A stretch of DNA of 64,000 nucleotides, taken from assembly GCA_016432625.1 (NCBI GenBank), contig CP066697.1:392409-456408 (forward strand), read 5' to 3'. Every line of letters starts with the position of its first letter. Position 1 is the first letter of the stretch. Below, one piece after another: positions 1-8,821 of the stretch. The position numbers and the translations under genes are program-made. The stretch comes from Candidatus Berkelbacteria bacterium. Its GTDB lineage: Bacteria > Patescibacteriota > UBA1384 > 2-12-FULL-50-11. Under the pieces are notes generated by a model. It saw nothing but the letters and a program-made list of their open reading frames with translations. It made no database searches and was not told where the DNA came from.

Positions 1-1035
1 TCTGACAGGAAGGATCGGGATAGCCGCCCGACGCGATAACGACGCAAACCGCGTAGCCACGTCGCCAGCTCGTCGCAAAGGACTCAACCCCACCCTCGAC
101 CGCCGAGTCGAACAGGTCAAAGAGGTCGCCGTTGTACGATCGAACGTAGGCCTGCGTCTCTGGATCACCGGGCCGGGCGTTACACTCCAAGGTTTTGATG
201 CCGTCCTCAGTGATCATTAGACCGGGGTAAAGACAGCCCACAAAAGGCGCTCCCAGGTCGGCCAGAGCCTTTAGAGCCGGCCCAACAATGCTTGAGCAAA
301 TGGGCTCGAGATCGTTGTACTTAAACCCAGGAACTGGGGTAACGCTACCCATGCCGCCGGTGTTTTCGCCACAGCCGCCTTCGTTGATCGTTTTATAGTC
401 TTTCGAAGGTGGGAAAAGAGTCGCGTGTCGACCATCGCAGATGGCATGAATCGAAACTTCCTCACCAATAAGAAAGTCCTCGACAACCACTGTGTCGCCA
501 GCGTCCCCATGGATTCGCTGGATCATGATCTTATTCAACGCGTCCTCGGCCTGAGCTGTTGTATGGCACGGATAAACTCCTTTGCCAAGCGCCAGGCCGC
601 TCGCTTTCACAACCAATGGCCCATTGCACTCACGAATGTATGAGAGCGCTTGATCGAACTGGCGGAAACTTCTGAAAGAGGCGGTTGGTATCCCCGCAGT
701 CTCCATCAATTGCTTCGCGAAGACTTTGGATGATTCGATTGCGGCTGCTCTCTGGGATGGTCCAAAGATCCGTAGGCCGCGACTCATAAAGACGTCAACG
801 ATCCCAGCCGCTAACGCATTGTCCGGTCCGACGACTGTCAGGCCGATATTGTTCTTCGCCGCAAAAACTGCAAGTTCGTCGATTGACAGGGCCGAGATCG
901 GCACGTTTTGGGCGATTTGGTCGGTGCCGGCGTTGCCGGGCGACACAAAGACTTGATTGACCTTGGGCGATTGACAGAGTTTCCACGCCAGCGCGTGCTC
1001 TCTGCCGCCGCTGCCGACGATTAGGATATTCTGTT
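1..1035 (-). CDS. purD: Phosphoribosylamine--glycine ligase (PurD), 5'-partial at the window edge; TTG start at 1035
   Basis: Manual minus-strand translation gives LKQNILIVGSGGREHALAWKL...PLVVKASGLALGKGV...ECNARPGDPETQ, the ATP-grasp PurD motifs. It is absent from the ORF track because it runs off the window edge. Confidence 0.75.
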
Positions 1036-1143
1036 TCAAGGCTTCCTCCGTTGTTAAGACTGCAACCCAACAACACAGCAACCTTAACGTATTTGTGGAC
1101 CTGGCGCGAGAACATTAGACACCTGTTAGCTTGATGCAACGCT

Positions 1144-1947
1144 CTAGCAGACTGCTTCACTCGCCGACGACTCACTATTATTGCTCAAGTAGGTATTAAG
1201 CTCGTTTAGAGTAGAACACACTTTGTTTTTCGGGGCTTGGTTTTGTCCACCAATCGACCAACCTCCTTCCGTACGTTCTATGTGATGCCATAAGACCTCT
1301 GCGTTCTTTCTCCACACCAAACAAGTCTGAAGCATAGACCCAACAGTCGGGTCTGGATTCTCGGTTATTTCGAAATATACAGTAGTTGCTAAGCTCCTGC
1401 CGAAGCCTCCAGGGTTGTTAACCTCTAGTTTTTCAGCTGGATGCAAACTACTTGCGTCATTTAATGACGCTATCTTATCTCTGTGTATATATGCACCCGA
1501 GCCTATAGAATCCCACTTTCGAGCAAGTGTATAGTTAGCTTCAAATTTCGGCGACCGAAGCGTGACTAGAAATGTTTTGGCCATGCCCGGTATACCATTA
1601 TCGGTAGAGGGGTAGGCCATTAGAATCTGTAAGGATGTGCTGCGTAACTTATCAGGAACGTTCTTTTTCTGCGCCTCCCACACCTCCCTTGCTGTCGAAT
1701 TCCATTTAACAACATATTCTGGATCCCAGCCGCAACCACTAGGAAGATGAGCAAGATAAAGCTTGAGGCTTTCTATCAGGGAGAATCCCAACAAAACATT
1801 TCCAGCAAAACCAGCGACGATACTACCGCTTATTGTATGGAGCTTCTGGAGGCAGTCAAAATAACGACCGTCTCGTAACGAAATGCGTGTATCCGACACA
1901 CCCACCGTGTATCCATACATAGTCGGAGTTGAAACTATCCATGTCAT
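1144..1947 (-). CDS. Proteasome-type N-terminal-nucleophile (Ntn) peptidase, HslV/Anbu-like, with a C-terminal extension
   Basis: N-terminus MT-WIVS...SIVAGFAG and SIGSGAY align with HslV TTIVSV...KVIAGFAG and AIGSGGPY. Thr follows Met, as in catalytic Thr1. 267 aa versus ~176 aa for HslV. Lies in a low-GC islet. Confidence 0.5.
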   Translation of the reverse strand: MTWIVSTPTMYGYTVGVSDTRISLRDGRYFDCLQKLHTISGSIVAGFAGNVLLGFSLIESLKLYLAHLPSGCGWDPEYVVKWNSTAREVWEAQKKNVPDKLRSTSLQILMAYPSTDNGIPGMAKTFLVTLRSPKFEANYTLARKWDSIGSGAYIHRDKIASLNDASSLHPAEKLEVNNPGGFGRSLATTVYFEITENPDPTVGSMLQTCLVWRKNAEVLWHHIERTEGGWSIGGQNQAPKNKVCSTLNELNTYLSNNSESSASEAVC

Positions 1948-2065
1948 CTCTCGCGCAAATGTAGCAACTATAATCAGCGATTACTAATCTGAGTGAGCCT
2001 TTGGTTTATCAATCGAGCTGCTTACATGACCTTTACGACGTGGTTTATAGCTGATCGACACACAA

Positions 2066-2575
2066 TCAAACGCCGTGTTCTTTTAGCAAATTCTTTAAAA
2101 AGCCCAGTGCTTCACTCTCAACTAGCTGCGGAGTGATTTCCTTAAGCGTATACTCGCCCCTTGAACCGGCATGGCCTCCATGTCCTTGTCCAATCGTTGA
2201 TTCATGGGACCAAATCTTCTTCGTTCTCCTATTAACACGGAAGCCAAAGCTTGGAACATCCCTGAAGCCATAATTTGGATCTCGTGGATCTTGAGCCTTT
2301 TTTAGCTCGATTTTCAAAGTAATACTTGGTTCTACGGGTAAGCTCTTAACAGAATCCCAGCCAGGATCGTCCTTTATGATATAGGCCTGGTGACCGCGTC
2401 CTTCAAGCTGCGATTTAAACTTATCCAGTGCCGGTTCGATTACTTCGTCTCTCGCTTGGACAAAATCCTGAATGAATTGATCTTCTTCGCTAACTTGAGC
2501 CTTGATCTCCTCGGCTCTCTGAGAGGTCTTGTCATCGTATTTGTCTAGTAGCTCGTCAAGTGAAGCATTGGCCAT
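2066..2575 (-). CDS. Hypothetical protein (169 aa), second gene of the low-GC islet
   Basis: Clean ORF with no recognisable motif; AT-rich like its neighbour. Confidence 0.45.
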   Translation of the reverse strand: MANASLDELLDKYDDKTSQRAEEIKAQVSEEDQFIQDFVQARDEVIEPALDKFKSQLEGRGHQAYIIKDDPGWDSVKSLPVEPSITLKIELKKAQDPRDPNYGFRDVPSFGFRVNRRTKKIWSHESTIGQGHGGHAGSRGEYTLKEITPQLVESEALGFLKNLLKEHGV

Positions 2576-2754
2576 GTGTGAGTTGTATCTGATTCACGAA
2601 AAACGGTCAAGGGTGTGTCCTAGTAGCTCGAAACCCAACGAGAATCTCACTCTATGTAGAACGCGCTTAATAGGTTGGAAGTGTTTTCCCTTATTGTGGA
2701 CCTGAGGGGAGTCGGACCCCTGATCCCTACAACGCGAATGATGAAATGTGGCTG

Positions 2755-2826
2755 TGGACCAGGCGGGAATTGAACCCGCTACTTCCTCAATGCGAATGAG
2801 GCGTTCTACCGATGAACTACTGGCCC
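2755..2826 (-). tRNA. tRNA-Ala (anticodon CGC)
   Basis: Reverse complement is GGGCCAGTAGTTCATCGGTAGAACGCCTCATTCGCATTGAGGAAGTAGCGGGTTCAATTCCCGCCTGGTCCA. Cloverleaf with G3:U70, a T-loop GGTTCAATTCC and anticodon loop TTCGCAT. CCA is not encoded. Confidence 0.8.
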
Positions 2827-2920
2827 TATTAATATGCTCTTCCGGGGCTCGAGCGTTGTAGGTATGCAACAGGCTCTCGCCCGCCGCAAAGGCTCGAACT
2901 AAAGCAGTTTAGTTCTCGCT

Positions 2921-2950
2921 GGCTCTGCGGCCCAGCTGAGCTAACGGCCC
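2921..2950 (-). other. tRNA-like 5' fragment (acceptor plus D-arm only), possible pseudo-tRNA
   Basis: Reverse complement GGGCCGTTAGCTCAGCTGGG..AGAGC is a canonical acceptor/D-arm, but no anticodon or T arm or matching 3' acceptor strand follows. The downstream 8-bp hairpin GAACTAAActgcTTTAGTTC is not anticodon-like. Confidence 0.25.
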
Positions 2951-3010
2951 TCGTTTCCAGCGCCCCTATCTTAACAGATGTGGGTTTCGAGAGTAAGATT
3001 GCTCCGAACA

Positions 3011-3613
3011 ATGTTTGTGCGCAAAATTGACGTTAATTTGCCAGATCAAAGCGTCATTGAGTACGCCGCCAAGTTGATTGATGGCGGCGGCGTTGTGGTT
3101 TTCCCAAGCGATTCCTGTTACGGACTGGCCGCTGACGCCACTAACAGATCGGCAGTCGAACGCCTCTACAAGATTAAGCAGCGCCCGTTCGATAAACAAA
3201 TTAGCTGCATATTCCGTGATCTCGAACAGATTGAGCAGTGGACTGTCGTAGGTAAATCCCAACGAAAAACCCTGGAACGAAACTTACCTGGCCCATTCAC
3301 CTTCGTCTTGCAGGCCAGAGTGGGCTGTCCGCTAGAAGGGGAGACTGTCGGTGTCAGAATTCCCGATAATTCCATTACCAGGGCCTTAGCGCACACCTTA
3401 GGCAAACCGTATACGGCGACGAGCGCGAACATAAGTGGGGAAGAGGTGACCTACGACCTTGACGAGATATTTCGTAATTTTGAGCGACAGATATATCAAC
3501 CTGACCTTATCCTAGACGCTGGCAAGTTGCCACAATACCCGACTTCAGCAGTAGTCGATATCCGTAAAAACCGCCCGGTCATCATTCGTGAAGGCGTCGC
3601 AAAAGTCAGGTAA
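3011..3613 (+). CDS. tsaC: L-threonylcarbamoyladenylate synthase (TsaC/YrdC/Sua5 family)
   Basis: VVVFPSDSCYGLAADATN, RPFDKQISCIF, VRIPDNSITRALAHTLGKPYTATSAN are YrdC-domain motifs. ATG at 3011 preferred over the upstream ORF start. Confidence 0.8.
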   Translation: MFVRKIDVNLPDQSVIEYAAKLIDGGGVVVFPSDSCYGLAADATNRSAVERLYKIKQRPFDKQISCIFRDLEQIEQWTVVGKSQRKTLERNLPGPFTFVLQARVGCPLEGETVGVRIPDNSITRALAHTLGKPYTATSANISGEEVTYDLDEIFRNFERQIYQPDLILDAGKLPQYPTSAVVDIRKNRPVIIREGVAKVR

Positions 3614-3660
3614 AGTACCTGAAATTTCTCCATATATCTGATAAAATTTACAAGTGATTT

Positions 3661-3743
3661 GCCGAAGTGGCGGAACGGTATACGCGGAGGTCTCAAAAAC
3701 CTCTGGGAGCAATCCCTTGTGGGTTCAAGTCCCACCTTCGGTA
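3661..3743 (+). tRNA. tRNA-Leu (anticodon CAA), type II with long variable arm
   Basis: GCCGAAGTGGCGGAACGGTA...GAGGTCTCAAAAACCTC...TGGGTTCAAGTCCCACCTTCGGTA. Anticodon loop CTCAAAA, T-loop GGTTCAAGTCC. Confidence 0.8.
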
Positions 3744-3747
3744 CAGC

Positions 3748-4476
3748 ATGCCTATTAAACAAGTTACCTTCAACGAGGAAGACATTCGCAAGATTTTCGA
3801 ATCAGAGACTGCTGGTAAAAAATTCAAGCGCCTTTTTATCCGTACAACGCGCCAGATACTCGCGCTTGGGTTCTTGTTTGTTTTTTTCTTTACCCTTATT
3901 AACTTCGGCGCTTTTTGGACCAAACTAAAGTATTCTATTGCCGCCCCAACCGAAACTACGCAGTCCGTACCAATTGAGCCACCAAAACCCGTTGTTAATT
4001 ACGCTCCGGAGTTAATCATCCCCAGCATCAACATAACTGCTCCGATAGCGTTGAACATCCAGCCTAGCCAGGTTGTAGAGCAATTACGTAACGGAGTCGT
4101 CCATTACGCTGACACCGCGCTTCCAGGCGAGATTGGCAATGCGGTTATCATCGGCCACTCATCTGACTACCCATGGAGTGTCGGAAATTATAAGAATATC
4201 TTTGCCCTTCTAGACAAACTTGTAATCGGGGACAAAATCACCGTTCCTTACGGCTCACAGCGTTTTGTATACGAGGTAACCGAATCCAAAATCGTTAAGC
4301 CATCAGATTTATCGCCGCTTAAGAAAAGTGACGCACCAAAACTGACGCTCATAACCTGCTATCCCGTTGGTACGTCGCAGAAGCGTTTGGTTATTTCCGC
4401 CAAGCTCATTGAAGGCGAGCCAACGGGCTATCAACTATCTGAGCCGTTTTTGGAAGAATTACCGCGCGCCCGTTAG
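3748..4476 (+). CDS. Sortase-family transpeptidase
   Basis: N-terminal TM segment. NAVIIGHSS (His) and the catalytic-Cys motif LTLITCYP (TLxTC). Start set at the first ATG after tRNA-Leu. Confidence 0.7.
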   Translation: MPIKQVTFNEEDIRKIFESETAGKKFKRLFIRTTRQILALGFLFVFFFTLINFGAFWTKLKYSIAAPTETTQSVPIEPPKPVVNYAPELIIPSINITAPIALNIQPSQVVEQLRNGVVHYADTALPGEIGNAVIIGHSSDYPWSVGNYKNIFALLDKLVIGDKITVPYGSQRFVYEVTESKIVKPSDLSPLKKSDAPKLTLITCYPVGTSQKRLVISAKLIEGEPTGYQLSEPFLEELPRAR

Positions 4477-5174
4477 ATCTGCGGCTTGTCGAGTTCTAAC
4501 TTGTGAACCACGCCGCCTTCTTCGATGAGTATTTCCCAGGACGACGCTCGAAGCATGATACGCGCCGGCATCTCTTCAGCCAAATTATAAATAAGATAAT
4601 CCTGCGGTCCTTCGGGGAAAAATAATCGTATTTCGTCTCTGATCTGGTAGATGTAGCCGGGCCCAAAGCGACGAGCTTGCGTTGGTTGGGTGACAAATCG
4701 GCTAACAAGTGCGTTGTAATCAAGCAGTTCGCCGCTCTCGCTAAGGCTTAAGCCGGTGTCAAAATACGGCTCCACTGTCATTTCGAAGTCTTCAACGATG
4801 GTACCTTTTGGATGAACTGCAACTAGGCGAAAATCTTTTATCAAACCCACCTCCGCTGCTGAGAGTTCAAAGCGCTGCCGCCAATCCTGGAACCCCTCTT
4901 TTTGTAGTAGAACCTCGTAGTTACCCGGCAAAACGCCACGTTTTTGATACGGCACTTCGCGGGCAATTAATTCCCCGTTTAGATAAAGTGAGACGCCGAT
5001 ATACTCCTGTTTGCTTTCAACGGCGACGACAACCGTCTGCTCAAATCGCTTGGTTTCGGGGTTAAAGCGTAGGCCGTTGGCCCAGACAACTGCGATCGAC
5101 GAAAGAATGAAGAATGATGCAACGGCAAGGGCGCCAGCAAGGAAGGTTAGCATCTGACGTCGTTTACGACTCAT
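4473..5174 (-). CDS. Membrane-anchored hypothetical protein, PEGA-like domain
   Basis: N-terminal TM helix. LPGNYEVLLQKEGFQDWRQ resembles the PEGA motif. Confidence 0.4.
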   Translation of the reverse strand: MSRKRRQMLTFLAGALAVASFFILSSIAVVWANGLRFNPETKRFEQTVVVAVESKQEYIGVSLYLNGELIAREVPYQKRGVLPGNYEVLLQKEGFQDWRQRFELSAAEVGLIKDFRLVAVHPKGTIVEDFEMTVEPYFDTGLSLSESGELLDYNALVSRFVTQPTQARRFGPGYIYQIRDEIRLFFPEGPQDYLIYNLAEEMPARIMLRASSWEILIEEGGVVHKLELDKPQI

Positions 5175-5306
5175 GGTCTTACAATGATATCGCCAAAAAG
5201 GTTGGCGGGCTATGGGCGCGTCGTTGAATAATACTTGGGAATTGCTAAGATACCCGAGAATAGTAATCTCTAGATTCGGAGCAAACTCATAATCCGACGA
5301 ATTGGC

Positions 5307-6296
5307 GTGGATCTGGGCACAACCAACATCTTAATCTTCGTGCCTGGCCGTGGCATCGTCATTGATGAACCAGCCGTTGCCGCTATCGACGCTTTTGATA
5401 ATAAGATTGTCGCGTTCGGTGAAGAAGCCCGCAAAATGCTCGGCAAAACTCCAGATTCGATTATCGCGGCTCGTCCGCTGAAAGACGGAGTAATCGCTAG
5501 CTTCAAGATTACCGAGGCAATGTTGCGCTACTTTATTAACCGACTCAGCGGCCGTCTACGTCTATTTCGCCCGGATATTATGGTCGCAGTGCCCGTTGGG
5601 GCCACTTCCACAGAGCGTCGAGCAGTAACGGATGCCTGTATCGCCGCCGGTGCTAAGAACGCTTTTTTAATCAAAGAACCGGTTGCCGCGGCCTTGGGCG
5701 CCAACGTTCCTATCGCCGCTGCTGAGGGACATCTTATAATCGATATCGGCGGCGGGACAACCGAAGTAGCTGTGATTTCGCTTGGCGATGTCGTCGCGGC
5801 GACTTCAGTTAGAGTTGGGGGTAATCGAATTGACGAGGCCATCGCGAGTTTCATCCGTAAAAAGTACTCCTTAATTATCGGCGAGCAGACCGCCGAGGAT
5901 CTGAAAGTACGTATCGGAACGGCGATGCCGCTCAAAAAAGAAATGACTCATGAGCTCTCCGGTACTAACTCGGTTACTGGTTTGCCGGAATCGGTTTTAG
6001 TCAATTCAACAGACGTTATGACCGCGTGCCAAGAGGAACTTAAAGAAATAATCGGTGCTGTTAAAGCCGTTCTGCAGAAGACCCCACCTGAGCTTGCGGC
6101 TGATATCATGGATAAAGGAATGATCATGACCGGCGGGGGATCACTACTTCGCAACTTGGACCAGCTATTCACTAAAGTCACTGGTGTGCCGTGCCAGCTT
6201 GCTGAAGACCCACGACTCTGCGTCGTCAAAGGCACTGGAATTGCCGTCGAGCACCTAGACGAATTCCGCCGCTCCGTTCTGTGGGCCAAACGCTAA
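5307..6296 (+). CDS. mreB: Rod shape-determining protein MreB (actin-like ATPase), GTG start
   Basis: IGVDLGTTNILIF, DIGGGTTEVAVIS, MTGGGSLLRNLD are actin-fold phosphate and adenosine motifs. Confidence 0.9.
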   Translation: MDLGTTNILIFVPGRGIVIDEPAVAAIDAFDNKIVAFGEEARKMLGKTPDSIIAARPLKDGVIASFKITEAMLRYFINRLSGRLRLFRPDIMVAVPVGATSTERRAVTDACIAAGAKNAFLIKEPVAAALGANVPIAAAEGHLIIDIGGGTTEVAVISLGDVVAATSVRVGGNRIDEAIASFIRKKYSLIIGEQTAEDLKVRIGTAMPLKKEMTHELSGTNSVTGLPESVLVNSTDVMTACQEELKEIIGAVKAVLQKTPPELAADIMDKGMIMTGGGSLLRNLDQLFTKVTGVPCQLAEDPRLCVVKGTGIAVEHLDEFRRSVLWAKR

Positions 6297-6302
6297 CAAT
6301 AG

Positions 6303-6908
6303 ATGGATCAGGATACTATCGCGGCATACAACGCTCAGGCTTCCCGGTACGACGAGCAGACGGAGGATTTCTGGGAGCGTTTCCCGGTGAACTTCATCGA
6401 TAAGTTTTCCAAACTAGCGGGGAACAACGTGATAGACATAGGTTGTGGCCCGGGACGGGACGCGTTAATTCTAAAGAAGGCCGGCCGCGACATAATATGT
6501 ATCGACGCAAGCCAGACTATGGTCAATATCTGCCGCAACAAAGGGTTAACAGCTGTGGTTGCCGATCTCCTGGCTCTCCCTTTTGAAAACGAACAGTTTG
6601 ATTCTGCTTGGGCATATACTTCGTTCCTCCATCTTCCAAAAACGGAGATACTTAAAGCGCTAAAGGAAATGAAGCGAGTGGTCAAAACCACCGGCGTATT
6701 TGCGCTTGGAATGATTGAGGGCGATGGGGAGGGCTACGTGAGCAGCGAAAAAATCACATTGCCGCGTTATTTTGCCTACTATCAGCAGAAGGAATTAGAA
6801 GAGATTATAAAAAAAGCTGACTTTAGAATAACCCACCAAGTGGTTTTCGAGCCTAATAAGAGGCGATATCTAAACTACATCCTGAAAAACCCTGATTCTC
6901 AAGTATAA
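6303..6908 (+). CDS. Class I SAM-dependent methyltransferase
   Basis: VIDIGCGPGRDA is SAM-binding motif I. Confidence 0.8.
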   Translation: MDQDTIAAYNAQASRYDEQTEDFWERFPVNFIDKFSKLAGNNVIDIGCGPGRDALILKKAGRDIICIDASQTMVNICRNKGLTAVVADLLALPFENEQFDSAWAYTSFLHLPKTEILKALKEMKRVVKTTGVFALGMIEGDGEGYVSSEKITLPRYFAYYQQKELEEIIKKADFRITHQVVFEPNKRRYLNYILKNPDSQV

Positions 6909-6909
6909 T

Positions 6910-8004
6910 ATGCCTATGACAATTGGGATTGACGCTTCGCGAGCCGTTAAGCAAATTCGCACTGGCGTGGAGCAGTACTCTTGGGAAGTTATCCAACAGC
7001 TTCTAAGGCTCGACAAAACGAACAAATTCATTTTATACGCGCCGCACAATCCAAGAGATCCATTTCCTCTGGGTAGCCGCGCTGAGTGGTGCATTATTAA
7101 ACAACGTCGTCTATGGTCACAAATTGGCCTGGCGCGGGAGCTAAAAAAGAGCCCACCCGATGTCCTTTTTGTGCCGTCGCATGTTATTCCTTTTGCCAGC
7201 CGTGTGCCGGCTGTTGTGACAATTCACGATACGGCATATAAGTACTTTCCTGGTTCATATTCGTACGCCGAGCGTAACTATCTTAACTTCACTACTGCCG
7301 TTTCGATTCGACGAGCAAAAAGGGTGATCGTACCATCGACTTCGACTAAGCGTGATGTCATAAAAGAATATCCGGAGAGTCAGAATAAAATCGTTGTCAT
7401 TCCTCACGGCGTCGACCACGTTACTTTCAATCCGGATATCAAAGCTGACCGTCCAATCAAAGACCCGTACGTATTTTTTGTTGGCCGGATCGAGGATAAG
7501 AAAAATGTCAGGTTACTGGTCGAGGCGTTTGCCTTACTTGCCAAGGAGCGCAAGAACATCCGACTCGTACTGGCCGGAAGTAACGGCTACGGATTCGAGC
7601 GGGTTCAACAGACCATTCGCGCGCTGCCAAAACCGGTGCGCGACCTGATACTTCAGCCGGGTTATATTCCGCGCTACGACCTAACGCGCTACCTCAAACA
7701 TGCCCACGCCTTCGCCTTTCCAAGTATTTACGAGGGGTTTGGCATGCCGATGCTGGAGGCGATGGCCATTGGCACTCCCGTTGTTTGCGCTGACGGATCG
7801 TCATTGCCTGAAGTAGCGGGTGATGCAGCCGTCCTCTTGCCGCCAAACAACCCGTTAGCCTGGGCCGCCGCCTTGAGCAGGATTATTAACCAACCGAAAG
7901 TTGCCGACGAGCTTCGACGCAAAGGTTTTAAGCAGGCAGCAAAATTCACCTGGGAAAAGACCGGACAAGAAACACTTGATACGATCATTGATGTGGCAGC
8001 CTGA
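6910..8004 (+). CDS. Glycosyltransferase family 4 (GT4)
   Basis: C-terminal EGFGMPMLEAMAIGTPVV is the GT4/GT-B signature. Confidence 0.85.
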   Translation: MPMTIGIDASRAVKQIRTGVEQYSWEVIQQLLRLDKTNKFILYAPHNPRDPFPLGSRAEWCIIKQRRLWSQIGLARELKKSPPDVLFVPSHVIPFASRVPAVVTIHDTAYKYFPGSYSYAERNYLNFTTAVSIRRAKRVIVPSTSTKRDVIKEYPESQNKIVVIPHGVDHVTFNPDIKADRPIKDPYVFFVGRIEDKKNVRLLVEAFALLAKERKNIRLVLAGSNGYGFERVQQTIRALPKPVRDLILQPGYIPRYDLTRYLKHAHAFAFPSIYEGFGMPMLEAMAIGTPVVCADGSSLPEVAGDAAVLLPPNNPLAWAAALSRIINQPKVADELRRKGFKQAAKFTWEKTGQETLDTIIDVAA

Positions 8005-8713
8005 CTTCGTACAAATTCTTGGTGTTCGTGTCGATAATATGACCTGGAAGGCTGTCGACAGTTTCGCCCTAAAAGCCCTTTCTGGGAACGAGCCTAATCA
8101 GATTGTTACCGTGAACGGCGAGCATATTCTGGCGGCAAGCAATAATGGGCGACATCGAGACGTTATTAATAATGCCGATGTGGTCGTTCCTGATGCCACA
8201 AATGTTGTTCTGGTAAGTAGGCTCAAAGGAAGAGGTTTGCACCAAACTATTCCAGGTGTTGATTTGGTTTTATGGCTTGCCAAGACCGCCGCCGAAACTA
8301 ACCACACCGTTTTCTTACTTGGGGGCGGCACTGATATTGCGAAAGTTGCAGCGAGCAAATTGCAGAGCATTTTTCCTGGACTTAAAATATCCGGTACCAG
8401 TAGCGCCGATCCTGACGAGTTGGAGGTTATTAAGGAAATTCGTGACGCCTCCTCCGATATTGTTTTCGTTGCTTATGGCGCCCCGAAGCAGGAATATTGG
8501 ATCGCTGAACATAAGGCAGCGACCGGCGCTAAAATTTTGGTCGGAGTTGGCGGGACGTTCGATATGCTATCAGGCGTTTTGCCCCGAGCACCAAAACTAA
8601 TGCGATCACTGCACTTAGAGTGGTTATGGCGCCTTATCATCCAACCAAGCCGAATTGGTCGAATTTGGAACGCGGTTATTGTCTTTCCCTTTAAAGCCCT
8701 TACTACAAAATAG
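7991..8713 (+). CDS. WecB/TagA/CpsF-family glycosyltransferase
   Basis: Begins MWQPDFVQILGVRVDNMTWKAV, the TagA/WecG N-terminal pattern. ATG at 7991 is in frame with the track ORF and overlaps the GT4 stop. Confidence 0.75.
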   Translation: MWQPDFVQILGVRVDNMTWKAVDSFALKALSGNEPNQIVTVNGEHILAASNNGRHRDVINNADVVVPDATNVVLVSRLKGRGLHQTIPGVDLVLWLAKTAAETNHTVFLLGGGTDIAKVAASKLQSIFPGLKISGTSSADPDELEVIKEIRDASSDIVFVAYGAPKQEYWIAEHKAATGAKILVGVGGTFDMLSGVLPRAPKLMRSLHLEWLWRLIIQPSRIGRIWNAVIVFPFKALTTK

Positions 8714-8750
8714 CAATTGCATTACCGCGCTGCTTGCGATAAGATGTATT

Positions 8751-8778
8751 TACCAGGCTAATCGAGCCTGGGCTTTTT
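8751..8778 (+). terminator. Rho-independent terminator after the tagA-like gene
   Basis: CCAGGCTaatcgAGCCTGG followed by GCTTTTTAAAG. Confidence 0.6.
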
Positions 8779-8821
8779 AAAGACAATTACGTTAAACTAA
8801 GCATAAGGAGATCAAAAACAG

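Noticed and set aside
2594-2760. tmRNA gene ending in the tRNA-Ala-like 3' repeat at 2695-2720
   Set aside because: The T-arm-like hairpin has a non-canonical loop (TCCGACT), no CCA context and no 5' partner. The region is better explained as an att-repeat remnant.
2830-2960. Intron-containing or permuted tRNA upstream of tRNA-Ala
   Set aside because: Only ~60 nt are available. There is no complementary 3' acceptor strand or T-arm, and the gap is too short for a group I intron. It is kept as a fragment.
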